Assembly (NCBI GenBank): GCA_004431415.1
Contig: QPMI01000144.1
Location: 10,325-74,324, forward strand
Length of the DNA: 64,000 nt
Reading direction: 5' to 3'
DNA from: Cyanophora paradoxa CCMP329
Lineage: Eukaryota > Plantae > Glaucophyta
The notes below the pieces were generated by a model. It was given only the letters and a program-made list of their open reading frames with translations. It was not told where the DNA came from and did not search any database. Shown piece after piece: positions 11,678 through 25,160 of this stretch. How positions within the stretch are numbered: position 1 is the stretch's first letter; the number at the start of each line of letters is the position of its first letter. Made by a program: the position numbers and the translations under genes.

Positions 11678-12327
11678 TTTGAGCAGTGAAGTGTGTATAG
11701 TTCGAAGGCACGCCATTGTTCGAATTTTCGTTCCAATAAGCACCGTACCAGATATGCATAGGCTTGGATGCATATGTAGATATCAATCTTCACGATCAGT
11801 TTAAAACTCAGTCAACGCTTTTTCTGTCACAGGGGGTGCGGTCGGGGGTGATCATGAGGGGCGCGGGGGGACCGATATCGATGAAGGGCGCGGCGGCGCC
11901 CTGCAGCGCTAGCTGGCCGGCCGCCGGCTTCGAAAAGAAGCCTCCGCCGGCCGGCTTCGAATTCGAAAAGAGCTGGCCGGCCGCCGGCTTCAAAAAGAGC
12001 CGGTCAGCTCCCATGGGCCAGCGGCGCGGCGCCCGGGGGGCGGGGGGGCGGGCCTTGGTCTAGATCTCCCCGGAGACGAGCCCGCCCGGGGCGGCCGCGG
12101 GACATGCGCCCCGCCTCGCGCTTCGCTCGCATCGACTCCAGGATCCGCAGCGGCAGCGTCTGCGCGTGCTCATGATCAGCCTAGCCGGCGGGTGGCCGGA
12201 CGGAGCGGGGGGCGCTGGGGGCGGGCGGCCGCGGGCCTGCATGAGGGGGTGCATGGCGACGACGATGCCATGATGTGCGCATGCGGGTCGTAGCTCTCGA
12301 AGAGCATGCTGGTCGTACCTCTCGAAG

Positions 12328-12393
12328 AGATGCGGTTCGCGGAGGAGCTTATGCGGGAGATCTTCCAGATAAGCTCCTCCGCGAACCGCATCT
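12328..12393. repeat. Perfect 25-bp inverted repeat with 16-nt loop
   Basis: AGATGCGGTTCGCGGAGGAGCTTAT (12328-12352) and ATAAGCTCCTCCGCGAACCGCATCT (12369-12393). Confidence 0.9.
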
Positions 12394-12849
12394 GTGCGCA
12401 CGCGCCCCGCGCCCGTCGGCGGGTGCTAGAATGGTTCGCGATCGATATCGAGCGCGAGGCACGCCGCGGCGGATTCAATGGTCAAGTTCGAATTTCGAAT
12501 TCCATTCCACTCGGCGATTCGCTGAATAAATTAAAGGCCACGCAGGAGTTGACGACAAAACAGGCTCTAATTATAAACAGACCAGGCTCCAGGACTAGCG
12601 GCGCAGTCTAGCGGGTGACAAGATGCGCTACACATTTATCTAGCTAGAAATTCGAAGGGCTAGCACAGATCTAGAAGAAGCTATATATAGCTATAGCTGA
12701 GCATTGAAATTTAACAACGGACCCTAGGCCTAAAGTACAGCTACTTGCTATAGGCTGATTATATAAGCCCTCAAACTGTACAAAGCAAACAACGAGAAAC
12801 GTACATTACAACTAAAGTTTGCGTCCTGCAGCGAGAAAAAAAACACTAG

Positions 12850-13700
12850 TTATACGAAGCAGAGGTTATTGAAAGTCTGAAACAAGCCTAGGGGCCTAAG
12901 GCCTCGGCAAGGAGGAGGCCGGCCGAGGCGGGGCGGGCGAGGGGCGGGGGCGAGGGTGCGTGCGCTGGGGCGGGGGCAGGGGCTGGGGGAGGAACGACGC
13001 CGGGGGCGGGCTTGGCCTCGGGGTCGGCGTCGGGGGGCTCCTCGGGGCGGGGGCGGGCGGTGGCGAGCAGGCAGAGGGTCCAGAAGCAGCTGTAGAGGAC
13101 CATGAGCGTCCCCAGCGCCACCGCCGCCGCGTCCGCCCCCGCCCCGCCCCCGTCCCACCCCGACGCCTCCATCCTCCCCGGCACCCGCAGCGCCCCCGGT
13201 CCCGCCACCGCCTCGAAATCCAGCGCCGGCGGTTTGGCCCCGGACGGGGTTCTGGCGCTCTGCGCGCGCCGGCGTCGGGGCGAGCGGCGGGGCGAGCGGC
13301 GGGGCGGGGGGCGGTGCGGGGGGCGGTGCGGCTGAGCGCACGTGCTGCCAGGTAAGAAGGCCGACGATGGTGAGGAGCAGGCTGAAGAACGAAGAGCCGA
13401 GGCAGGAGGCGGCGAGGAGCGGGACGGCGTCGTCAGCGAGGCAGAGGATGGCGCAGCAGACCGCCAGCGTGAAGGCATTCAGCACCGCCGCGGCGCTCTG
13501 AAGCTGCAGCGCGATGCCGAGCTGCGGCAGCACGCGTCAGGCGCCCCGAGGCCAGGGCGCTGGGACGGGCGGCGCGCGCGCACCTTCACCCCGCGCTCGG
13601 CGCTGGGGCATTCCCCCTCGATCTCCGAGCGGCACTCGCGCGCCTGAGCGCGAGCCACGAAGACGTCGCGCAGCCGCTTCACCTGCGGCGCAGGCTAGGT
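12850..13700 (-). CDS. Hypothetical membrane protein, multi-exon
   Basis: Hydrophobic segments AVLNAFTLAVCCAILCL, FFSLLLTIVGLLTW and VALGTLMVLYSCFWTLCLL separated by GC-rich intron-like stretches. Extent uncertain. Confidence 0.4.
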
Positions 13701-14434
13701 GAGGTCACAGGTCGGAGGGGAACTGAGGTCAAAGAGTCGCACGATAAGCTCAGGCCACGAGCTCAGACCTAGCACCAAGCGCACGGGCGGCGGCGTCTCC
13801 GACTCTCCGGGCCGCCGCAAGCGCAGCTCGCCTCGCAGTGTCCTGTATGACGCGCGTCATGGCTGATCGTGGCGCGCGCGCGCGCTCGCAAGGGGAAAGG
13901 AAGACGGATCGCAATACAGACCACGCGCGGGAGTCCAGAGATGCGGTGGTCGTCAGGGTTTCCGCCACCAAAAGCAGCATGAAGCAGCAGACCCACGCGG
14001 CTGCCGCGCCGCGCATTGTGTTGCGCCAAGGACTAGGGTTTCGCCGTCAAGAGCGGTGGGATCGTCGAGGCTGGGAGAGGAAGCAAGTTAGGGGGGTACG
14101 GGGTCGAAACCGGAGCCGCTGCCTTCTTCCGGCGCATCCTGCACCCCGCGTGACCGTCCTCGGCGTCAGCAAGCACACAGGAAGCGATCCGAGCGACGGA
14201 CGCGGCGAGCACGAGCCTGACGTGCTCTTGTTCTTGTGCGCGATTTGGGTTGAAGATGGAACCGGCACCGGAACGCCGGCTCCGTGCAGGAATCGGCACA
14301 TCGAGCAGCTCACACGCATCTTAAGCGAGCCGTGCGACCTCAGAAGCGCAGCAGCGCTTCTTGCTAGACTATAGCTATAGCCTCCGATCGGCCGGGATCG
14401 GGAGAGCGTTGACGCAGATCTAGGGCCGGCTCTT

Positions 14435-17400
14435 ATGAACCAAATCCACAACGCCGCAGTCGCAATGGAGCAGCCTGTAGCGCTTGCGGCCGACCCCTCC
14501 GTTCACATTCGCCCGAGTTCCACGCCGAACGTGATGTCGTTCCAGCTGCGAGACTCCCCCGCGCCGCCGCTCGGCGTCGAGTACGTCGAGCCTATGCCAA
14601 CATTCACAGGTGCGCGTCGCCCGCACGGACGCCGCGCGTCCCGGCGCGCGCTGAGCGCTAGCGCGTACGTATACGTACGCGGCGCAGAGAAGGGAGTCGC
14701 CGCCGCCGCCGCCGAGAAAGGAGACGGAAGAAAGACGGATCAGAAGAAGGATGCCACGGAGGAGAGGAAGAAACCGGACCCGGATAAGATGGTGCCCTCC
14801 TGCCCTCCTGCCCTCCCGGCCCGGCCCTCAGTGAGCACCCGCACTCGCCCGACGCGCCGGCGCAGGTCTCGTTCTCCTCGCTGCTCTTCCGCTTTGCGAC
14901 GCCCACGGACAAGCTGATCATGCTCCTGGGGGCGGTCGGCGCCGTCGCCAACGGCGGCGCTCTCCCCGCCTTCGCCATCATCTTCGTGCGCCGCGCCCTC
15001 CGGCCCGCCAGCCGGCCCCCGCGCCGCCCCCCGCCCCTGACGGCCTCCCGTGCGCGCAGGGAGAAATGATGAACGTGAGCCACTGGGCCGCTGAGCGGCT
15101 CGGGCCGGCGCCGCCGCTCACGACCGCCCGCGCGCAGAGCCTCAACAGCGCGGACATCGAGGGCCAGGCGCGCCAGCGACCCCAGCTGTCGCCGCAGCCG
15201 CCCCGTCCCGCCCCGCCCCGCCGACCGGCGCGCGCAGGTTGGGTACTACGCCAAGGTCTTCGTGCTCCTGGGCGTGGGCCTTTTCTTCGCCTCCTGGTGC
15301 GGCGTACCCTCCCCGCCCCGCTTTAGGAGTACCCCTCCGTGACGCTCCAGGGGGCGCGCAGGCTGGAGACGGGCCTGTGGATGATCAACTCGGAGCGGCA
15401 GAGCCGCCGCATCCGGACGGCGCTGCTCAAGTCCATGCTGCGCCAGGAGGCGTGCCCCGGGCCCGGACCCTCCCTCGCACCGAGACGTCCCCGCCGGGAT
15501 TCGAGCCGGGGCCTCCCCTACCGCCCGCAGGTGGCCTGGTTCGACGGCCACAAGCCCGGCGAGCTCTCCTCCCGCATCAACGCCGACGTCAAGCTCATCC
15601 AGGATGCGTGCGTACCCCCTTCTCATCCGCCGCTGTACCCCCGGGCCGACGGTACCGGTTGAGGCCGGGCGCCCCGCAGCATCGGAGAGAAGGTGGGCAG
15701 TGCCATACACCACAACGCGACGTTCGTCGGTGCGGCGCCGCACCGACGTCGGGGCCCGGGCCGCCGGCCCGCGGCCGATGAACGGCCCCCCCCGCAGCCG
15801 GGATGGCGGTCGGATTTGCCAAGGGCTGGCACCTCGCGCTGCTGATCATGGGGGTACGCAGCCCCTGCGCCGGGGCTCGAGCTTGAGCTCCTTTCCTCGA
15901 GCCCGTCGCGATCGCCAGGTCATTCCGTTTCTGGGCGCCTGCGGGGCCGTCATGGCGAAGCTCGTCGTGCGCCCCCTCCTCCTCCTCGGCGCCGGCGTAC
16001 CCCCCGTACGCCCGCTGAGGCTCTGCACAGAGCCAGGCGAGCCAGAGCGGCCAGGGCGCCTACGCCAAGGCCGGCGACGTCGCCGACGAGGCGAGCGTAC
16101 CGTACCCCCCCCCCCCCCCCCTCCCGGCTTCGTCCCGGAAGCAGAGCCCGCGGCCGATGCCGACCGGCCCGCCGGGCTCCCCCCGCAGGCCATCACGAGC
16201 GTGCGCACCGTCGTGTCTCATTGCGGGGAGAAGCGCGAGCAGGTGCTGGCCCCGCCGCCCCGCCCCGTCCCCGCCGGCGGCCTGCCCACGCCGCCGGGGA
16301 GCAGGAGCGCTACCGCGAGAACCTGCAGGAGGCGCGCCGCTTCGGGATGAAGAAGGGGTGCGCGGAGCGAGGCGGCACCCCGCGCGCTTGGCAGGCCCGA
16401 ACTCGTGTCCCCGCGCAGGCTCAGCGCGGGGATGTCGGTCGGGGCGATGATGCTCGTCATGTTCTGCACCTACGGCCTCGCCTTCTGGTGCGAGCCCGCG
16501 CTGCCCCGCCCCCCGCCCGCCCGCCAGCACCCCCTCACCCCGCCCCCAGGTTCGGGTCCTGGCTCATCCAGCACGAGGCGCGTCGGCCGCGCCCCTTCCT
16601 TTTCCGCCTCCTCCCTCTCCCCTCGAACCGCGTGCGGCAGGTGTGGAACCCGGCGCGGGGCGGGATCTACACGGGGGGCGACATCATGACCGTCCTCTTC
16701 GCGATCGTCATGGGCGCCTTCGGCGTCGGGTCCGCTCCCCGCGCCCCCGCCGGCGCCCAGCGCGGCCGCCTGACCCGCCGCGCAGGCAAGCGGCGCCGAG
16801 CTTCCCCGTCATCGCGGATGGGCGCGGGGCGGCGTTCACCGTCTGGGCCATCTGCGACCGCAAGTCCAGGCGCCCCCCGCTCCATGCCGCGGGCCCCGGG
16901 TCGGAGCTGCGCGCCCGCTGAGCGGCGCCGGCGCCGCAGCATCGACGTCTTCGAGGGGAGCGGGGAGAGCCTCCCCTCCCTCACCGTGCGCGCCCCTCTC
17001 CTGGCGCGCCTCCCGCCCCGCCGGCCTCTGACGGGCGGGGCCGGCGGGGCGCAGGGCGACATCGACTTCCGCGGCGTCGAGTTCACTTACGCGCGCCCCC
17101 CGCGCGAGCCCCGCCCCGCCCCGCCGCGCTGAGGCGCGGGGGCAGCCGACGCGGGCGGACGTGCCGATCCTGCGGGGCGCCTCCCTCTCCGTGCGCCGCG
17201 GCGAGACCGTCGCCCTCGTCGGCCACTCCGGCTGCGGTGCGCCCGCCCCGCGCCGGCCCGAGCCGCCCCGGGCGCGGCCGGGCCAGGCCTGGGGCGCGCC
17301 CTCCGAGGCCGACGCCGGCGGCAGGCAAGAGCACGTGCATGCAGCTGGTCCTCCGCTACTACGACCCCGCCGTGCGCCCCGCGCCTCCTCCCCGGGGGCG

Positions 17401-20400
17401 GGCCCTCCCTGAGCGGGGGCGCTGGCAGGCGGGGGCGGTGACGGTGGACGGGCGGGACCTCAAGCAGCTCAACGTGCGCTGGTGGCGCTCCCAGATCGGC
17501 CTCGTCGGCCAGGCACGCCCCCTCCGCCCGCGGCCGTCCCCTCGCTCCTCCGGCGAGCGCGGGGCGCAGGAGCCGGTACTCTTCGCCACATCCATCGCCG
17601 AGAACATCCGCGTGCGCCCCCGCCCGCGAGCTTCTCCCGCCGCCGCCTTCTGCCGCCCCTGACCCCGCCACCGCCGCCAGATGGGGAAGGAGGACGCGAC
17701 GATGGACGAGATCGTCGCCGCCTGCAAGGTCCGACCCGCCCGCCCGCCGCCACGGGCCCCGGGGCGCCTCCGAGTCGAGCCCTCCGGATCTCGCCAGGCG
17801 GCGAACGCGCACGACTTCATCTCGAAGATGCCCAAGGGCTACGACACCTACGTCGGCGACATCGGTGCCCGCCGCCCATCCAGCGGCTCGCTCGCCGCCG
17901 CCGCCGCCCACCGCCGCCGCCGCCGCCGCCGCCGCCCGCAGGCGCGCAGCTCTCGGGGGGGCAGAAGCAGCGGATCGCGATCGCGCGGGCGCTGATCAAG
18001 AACCCCCGCATCCTCCTCCTCGACGAGGTCCGCCGGCCACGCGCCCCCGGAGCCCCCCTCCGACCCTCGCCCCCGCCCGCCCGCCGCTCACCGTCGCGCC
18101 GCAGGCGACGTCGGCGCTGGACACGCAGAGCGAGCGGGTCGTGCAGGAGGCGCTGGACCGCCTCATGCGGGGCCGCACCACCATCGGTGCCCCCCGAGCG
18201 GCCCCGCCACCGCCGCCGCGCCTCACCGGCCGCTCGCAGTGATCGCGCACCGGCTCTCGACGATCCAGAAGGCGGACCGCATCTACGTCTTCGAGGCCGG
18301 GGTGCGCGGGGCCGCCAGGAGCCGGGGGGCGTCTCGCTGAGGGGGCGGGGCAGGCGGTGGCGGAGGAGGGGACGCACGAGGCGCTGATGGCCCGGGGCGG
18401 CCTCTACGCCGGCCTCGTCCACGCCCAGGCGCGCATGCCCCCGGCCCCGCCTCCAGCTCCCTTCCGCCCGCTCCACTCCGTTCGCCGGCGCCGGCGCGGT
18501 GCTGAGCCATTCTTGGCCGATCGATCGCGGCAGTCGGCGAAGAAAGACGAGGAGCGCGACACGAAGGTCCGCCGGGCCCCCGCGCCCCTCGTACCAGATC
18601 TGATCTGATCGCGTCGCGCCCCCCGCACAGGCGATGGAGGCGGCGGGGCCGCAGGGGGACCCCGACGCGCTCCTGCCCGCCCCTGCAGTGCGCCCGGGCC
18701 CCGGCCCCGGGCCCGCCCGCGCGGCTCTGATCGGCTCCCCCCCCCCCTCTCCTCCGGGCTCCCCTCTCTCAGGCCGCCGCGCTAGCGCTCCCGGGGGCCC
18801 AGTCGGTGCGCGGCAGCGCATGCGAGGGCCCGATAAGCCGACGGCGGCCCGATGAGCCGACGGCGGCCCCCGCGCGCAGATGCAGAAGGCGCGCTGGACG
18901 GGCCCCGCGCCAGCGCCGGCCCGACGGCGGCCCGCCCCTTCAGCTCGGCCCCGGTGCGCGCCGCTCTGCGCCGGCCGCGCGCGCGCGCGTTGTCCGCGAC
19001 GCGTGTCGGGCGCAGACTCGCCGGCTGAGAAGGAGGACGCGGAGGGCGAGGGCGGGAAGAAGAAGGGGAAGGCGGAGAAGATCGCCGTCCCCTGGGGTGC
19101 CCTCGATCCCTCCCCCGCCCCTCGTCCCGCGCCGCCCCGCCCTGCTGAGCTCCCGCAGGGCGGGTGATGAGGAGCGTCTCGGGGAAGTGGTGGCTCCTCC
19201 TCCTCGGTGCCCGGCGCCGCGCCCCCGCGAGGCGGAAGGGACGGGCTGAGGGGCCGGGGCGGGGCGGGGCGGGGCAGGGGCGCTGGGGGGCCTGGGGAAC
19301 GGGACCGTGATGCCCATCTTCGCGGTCCTCTTCTCCGAGATCCTCGCCGTCTTCTTCAAGTCCGCCCCCCGGAGCAGTCAGAGCATCTAAGACTCCCAGA
19401 AGCCCTAAGCTGCTAGATTAATTATAAGTGTATTTGAGCGTTGTTCTAGCTTTTCAAGCTCTCATGATCATTGGCATCAGCCTCTGTATAAATCCTCGCC
19501 GTACTCTTCAAGCGCGCCCCCCGGACCTCACCGTGACCGTCGCGCAGGCCGTGGAGCGGGGAGACGGAGGGTGAGGCGCGCTTCTGGTCCCTCATGTTCG
19601 TCGCCATCGGCGGCGCCATCTTCGCCTTCACCCTCACCAAGGTGTGCATGCCTTTAGTTTCTGCGCCAATTCCCTGGCCGGCGCTCACCCGGCCCGCGCC
19701 CCGCCAGATCGCGTGCTTCGACATCGTGCGCGCCCTCGGCGCCGCCGCCGGCCTCGGCTCACGGGCGGGCGGGGGCAGGTCGGGGAGCACCTCACGTACC
19801 GCCTCCGCCTCGACACCTTCCGGTGCCCCCCCGCCCCCGCCCGCCCGCCGCCGCCGCCGACGCTGGGCCGCGCTGCAGGGCGATCCTGCGGCAGGAGATC
19901 GCCTGGTTCGACGAGGAGAAGAACTCGGCCCGCATCGTGCGCCCGCGCCCGGCGCCGGCGCCCGATGAGCCCGAGGGGTCTGACGGGCGCCGCTCGGCTC
20001 GGCGCGCAGGTGACGACGAACCTGCAGACGGACGCGTCGCTCGTGCAGGGCGCCACCACCGCCCGCGTCCGCCCCCGCCCCGCCCCTCCCCCTCGCCGCC
20101 GGCCCGGCCTCGGCGGCCGACGCGACCCCCCGCCGTGCCGCAGCTGGGGATGATGTGCGAGCTGGTGTCGACCGTGACGACCGGCCTCGTCATCGCCTTC
20201 GTCTCCGGCTGGAAACTCGCCCTCGTCACCCTCGCCGTCGGTGCCTGCCTCTCCTCTCCCCTCCTTTCCGCTTCTTCCACGCCCTGAGTACTAGTGCGCC
20301 CGCGCAGCGCCGACGATCGCCTTCTCGGAAGTGCTGCAGTTCAAGTTCATGACGGGCTTCAGCGCGGGGCGCAACGCCTACGAGCAGGCGGGGAAGCTCG

Positions 20401-22899
20401 CCGGCGACACCGTCGCCAACATCCGCACCGTCGCCAGGTCCGCGGGGCCGCCCCCCGCCGGCGCGGCCTCCTCCGACGCCCCGCCGGCCGGCCGCGCAGC
20501 TTCGTGAGCGAGCAGCGGCTGCTGGGCGCGTACGACGCGCTCCTGGCGACGCCGCAGCGCGCGGGCGTGAAGAAGGCGCACGTCTCCGGCATCAGCTTCG
20601 GTGCCCTGCGCGCGCGAGCTGCGGGCGATGGGGCGCATGCGCAGCTCACCCCGCCCCTCCACGGCGCAGGGCTCTCGCAGTTCTGCAACTTTGCGGCCCA
20701 GGCCTTCATCTTCTGGTGGGCGGCCCCTCCCGTCGCCCCCGGCCGCCCTCGGGCCCGCCTCACCTCGCCGCGCCGCGCAGGTACGGCGCGAGGCTGATCG
20801 CGAACGGCGAGATGAACTTCATGAACGTGCGCCCCCCGTAATTATAACCCCGGATCCGGACCCTACCAACACTCCCGCCCCGCGCACAGATGATCCGGAC
20901 GATGATGGCGATAGTGGTGCGCGGCAGCAGCGCTGAGCTCCGCGCCCCGCCGGGCCCCGCCTGACCGCTTCTCCCCGCCCTGCCGCAGATGACGGTCGGG
21001 CCTCCCCGAGCCCCTCTCACCCACCCTCCCGCCCCTCCCGCCCCGCTCCTAACTCGGTGAGCGCAGGCGATGGGCGCGGGGCAGATCCACTCGCTGGCGC
21101 CCGACTACGAGAAGGCGGTGGCGGCGTGCGGCAAGATCTTCGGCCTCCTCGACCGCGTCGTGCGGCCCCGTCCCGCCCCGCCCGGCCGGGGGCGGGGCCT
21201 GACTGCCGCCTGGCGGGGGCAGCCGGGGATCGACTCGGAGAGCGAGGCGGGGGAGCGGCTGCAGGTCGAGCGGGGCGAGCTGACCCTCCACAACGTCCAC
21301 TTCCGCTACGTGCGCCCCGCCCCCGCCCGCGCGCCCCCGCCCCCGGGGCCCTCACTGGGGCGGGGCAGCCGACGCGGCCGGGGGTGCCGATCCTGCGCGG
21401 CCTCGACCTCACCGTCCCCGCCGGCAAGACCCTCGCCCTCGTCGGGCCTTCCGGCTGCGGCAAGGCCCGCCCGACCCGGCCCCGCCCCGCCTTGCACCCG
21501 CCTCGAGCATCTCCCTAACGCGAGGCGGGCTGCAGAGCACGGTGATGCAGCTGGCGCAGCGCTTCTACGACCCCGAGCAGGGCGCCGTCCTCGTCGACGG
21601 CCGCGACCTCAGGCGCGCCAGCGCCCGGGCCGGCGCGCTTGCCTCGCCCCGGGGGCCCTGCACCTGACGCTCGCGGCAGGACGCTGCACGTGAAGCACCT
21701 GAGGCAGCAGGTGGGCGCAGCCCCTCGGGGCCCGGCTCGGCTCGGCGGGGCGGGCGGGGGGCTGAGGCCTAGGGGGCGGGGCGGGGCGGGCAGGTGGGGA
21801 TCGTGGCGCAGGAGCCCGTCCTCTTCGCCGCCTCCATCCGCGACAACGTCCGCCCCGCCCCGCCCCGCTGCACCGCCCCGTTGGGCGGTGCGGGGTTCGC
21901 GGGCCTTGGGCGCGGCCTGACGGTCGCGCTCGCGCGGGGCGGCAGATCCGGTACGGGCGGCCGGAGGCGTCGGACGGGGAGGTCGAGCAGGCGGCGCGCG
22001 CCGCCAACATCCACGACTTCATCGCCTCCCTCCCCGCCGGCGTCCGCCACCCCCGCCCTCCCTGCTCCCGCCGTCTTTCCCCGCGCTCTTCTGACGCGGG
22101 CGGGGCAGTACGAGACGTACGTGGGGACGCGGGGCTCGCAGCTCTCCGGAGGGCAGAAGCAGCGGATCGCCATCGCGCGCGCCGTCCTCAAGAACCCCCG
22201 CATCCTCCTCCTCGACGAGGCCCGCCCTAAAATTAGCTCCCCTCTGTCCGGTCCGCGCTGCTGCCTGAGCACTCGCTCGCGCGCTCGCGAGCGCAGGCGA
22301 CGTCGGCGCTGGACACGCAGTCGGAGCGGGTCGTGCAGGAGGCCCTCGACCGGGTCATGCAGGGCCGCACCACCGTCGGTCCGCCCCCCGGCCCCCTGCC
22401 TTCCTTCGCGACCGCGCCTGTTTTGCGCTCTCGCGGCCTGAGCCGCCCGGTAGTCGTCGCGCACCGCCTCTCCACCGTCCGCAACGCCCACCTCATTGCC
22501 TTCATTCGGGTGCGCCCGCCGCCCCGGCCCGGCCCGGCCCGCCACGGGGGCGGATGCTGAGGGCGGGGTCGGGGCCGGGGCAGGAGGGGCGGGTGGCGGA
22601 GGCGGGGACGCACGAGGAGCTCGTTGCCCGCAACGGCCACTACGCCCAGGTCCGCCTCGCCCCCAGGACTCCGCCCCCGCCCCCGCCCCGTCCCCCGAGA
22701 GCGCTAGCTCGAGCTTTCTAGTCTGCCTCCGAGGCTCAAACATTAGCTTCATTCACAAACATTCAAAAATAATTCTCAAGCCTGCCCCCCTCGCGATCGC
22801 CCCCATGGCCACGCTCCTGTGCGCTGATCATGAGCCCGGGCCCTCGCACCGCGCGCGCAGCTGGTGCGGCAGGGGCAGCTCCACCGCGCCCCCGCGTGA
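14435..22899 (+). CDS. Full-length ABCB (MDR/P-glycoprotein) transporter, dozens of short introns
   Basis: Two TMD-NBD halves: [38 protein letters not shown] and LLLDE-ATSALD in half 1; [21 protein letters not shown] and AHRLSTV in half 2. Last exon [12 protein letters not shown] ends at 22899. Start is tentative. Confidence 0.92.
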
Positions 22900-23511
22900 C
22901 CCCGGCCCCGCCCCTCCTCGCCACTTCCGCGCCACCCCGCACCCAAACCGGCAAACTTAGTACTCCCGGCGAACTTTGGTTTTCCAATTGCAGCTGCGAG
23001 CATGCATATTTTCCATTAGGTTCACTAAACGCTTGCAGAACTCTACCGTACCGATGTAGATTTAGAGTTTCATGAGGATCGGTCTAGGTCTGTCTTTACG
23101 TTCACATTGTACAGTTGCTAGATGCTCTCTCCTCGCGTTGTGCACTTCCTCGTCTTCGTTTTCCTCCCTCGCGATCGCGTCCATGGCCTCCAACGGTGAT
23201 TTTCTCTTTCTGTTTTTCCTGTTTTCTTTTCGAGTGACGTAGGACGATGGACGACATCGCGAATACGTTTTCGGGTCGAAAGAGACACATGTTGCACAAC
23301 TGGTTGTCGAGATCTAGACAATAACCATTGATCGTGAGATATGTCTCAGTGTGCGCCATGATGCAAAACCAGTATTTGTGCACGCACGTAAACTGGTTTC
23401 AAATTTGCAATGACATGACATTTTTGGTTTTCTGTTGGCTGCTAGATCTCTAGATCTCCTGCCGTGTCTCCGACTCTGCCGCAGTGCCCCTTCTGCTCCT
23501 GTCAACCCCGG

Positions 23512-25121
23512 ATGGCGGCCTGCTCTAGATCTGGCGTCTTCGGAGACCGGGTCGAAGGCCTAGGGCGTCCCCGTGCGCGTTTCGCTTTCGTGTGCGCGCT
23601 CGCGGCCGTCGGCCTCCTGCTCCAGTGCCGCACCGCTCTCGCGGAGTGCGAGTTTGCCGATGGTCCCGGTCCCGGTGAGAACGCGTACGCCTTCACCTAG
23701 CTTTAATTTGCGTTGTCGACACGTTTGACGTCTTCGATTCTGCCACAGAGGGGACGTCGGCGCTCGACCTTTATCCCGCTGCACTGACCCCTGTCACCTC
23801 ACGCTCGGTGCGCATGCCGCGGCTGCTCGTTTCGCCGGCATGCGCAGGCAGGTCACGCTGTCCGAGGCTCACCCGCTTAGCGGGCAGGGCACAATTACGG
23901 GGAGCGAGCTCGGCGTGCAGGCCCTCGCAGCCGGCTCCTGCAGCTGCAAGGACCGCCTTGATTGCTGGAGCGACTACGTCCAGGTGCGGCCGTTGAGCTC
24001 CCCGCGCGACTTTGAATCCTCCCAGACAGCCCGCGGGCCGGGGTCCCGTCGCGATCGTGCGCACGCGCAGTTCAAGTCGGGAGACTCGGAGGAGTCGCTC
24101 TCGCGCACGCTGATTCGCTTCGACCTGCCCTACTTGAAAGACGACGACTTCGACGCGTTAGGCGACGCCGAGCTCGCCGTCAAATTCCGCGGTGCACATG
24201 CACATGTTTATAAATTTATTAACGATATTTCACGTTCCTGATGTCGGTCGCCTAATTTGTTCATGTGCACGGCGCGGGCAGGCCCCGACGGCGGCTGGAT
24301 TGCGTGGCGCTGGGATGTTCAAGACCAGATCACGAAGGAGTGGGTGTTACTCGGAAACAACTCTGGCATCTCCTGGCCCGATTCCTGGTGTGCTTTGCGC
24401 TTCGAATTATATTAATTACGATCGTCGTTGAACGTTCGCTGTAGGGTGTGGACGACGTTCAATTTCAAGCAGGGCGGCGCCGCCCGCTTCGTCGACCGCA
24501 GCGGCGCGAAGCCTGCAATCCAAGTCCGCCAGAGCTGCACCAGTGCGCATTATTTAGTGGCGTCGACCTGCAAAGCTCATTTTGGCCCTTTCACATTTTC
24601 TCGTGATTGACGGCCGCCGCAGCGACGAGGCCCGACGCGATGAACATCGACTTCATGCGCCTCCGTGTGCAGCTGCGCTCCGCCGGCTCCGGAATCCTCA
24701 TCAACGGCACCTCGGCCTCTCAGGCGGTGCGTCGCCTCCGGAAATTCAAAATTTTGAGCCGAACCAAATTGAACTGATCGCGACGGCGCTGTTCGGATTC
24801 GCAGACCGGAGGGATCGCGTTGGACCGGCCGGCGCGGAACGCGGGCCTCCCGAAGGTGCTCGTGGGCGACGACGGCCTCGGCGTCGTCCTCTTCCGCAGC
24901 ACCGAGGGCTGCCCAAGCACCGCGTCCGCAATCTCGCTGTTGTTGAATGATTAAATTATCTAACTTCACGCTACACGTCGTATACAAACTAAACCCCGTA
25001 ATGGCAGGTACCTATCCGTGGCGCACTGCTCCGACAAGAACTGCACGAGTTTCGACAGCGAGCGGATGGTCTTCTCTTACAGGTTCTCCATCTTTCGCGC
25101 GCTTCAATTCGACCCGGGTGC

Positions 25122-25160
<39 letters not shown>

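Noticed and set aside
14600-22800. Numerous long Arg/Pro/Gly-rich ORFs on both strands
   Set aside because: Artefacts of very high GC and short introns; explained by the spliced ABCB gene. The same applies to 56.6-64 kb.
25120-25160. Polyproline/polyglycine ORFs
   Set aside because: A poly-C tract inside an intron of the secreted-protein gene.
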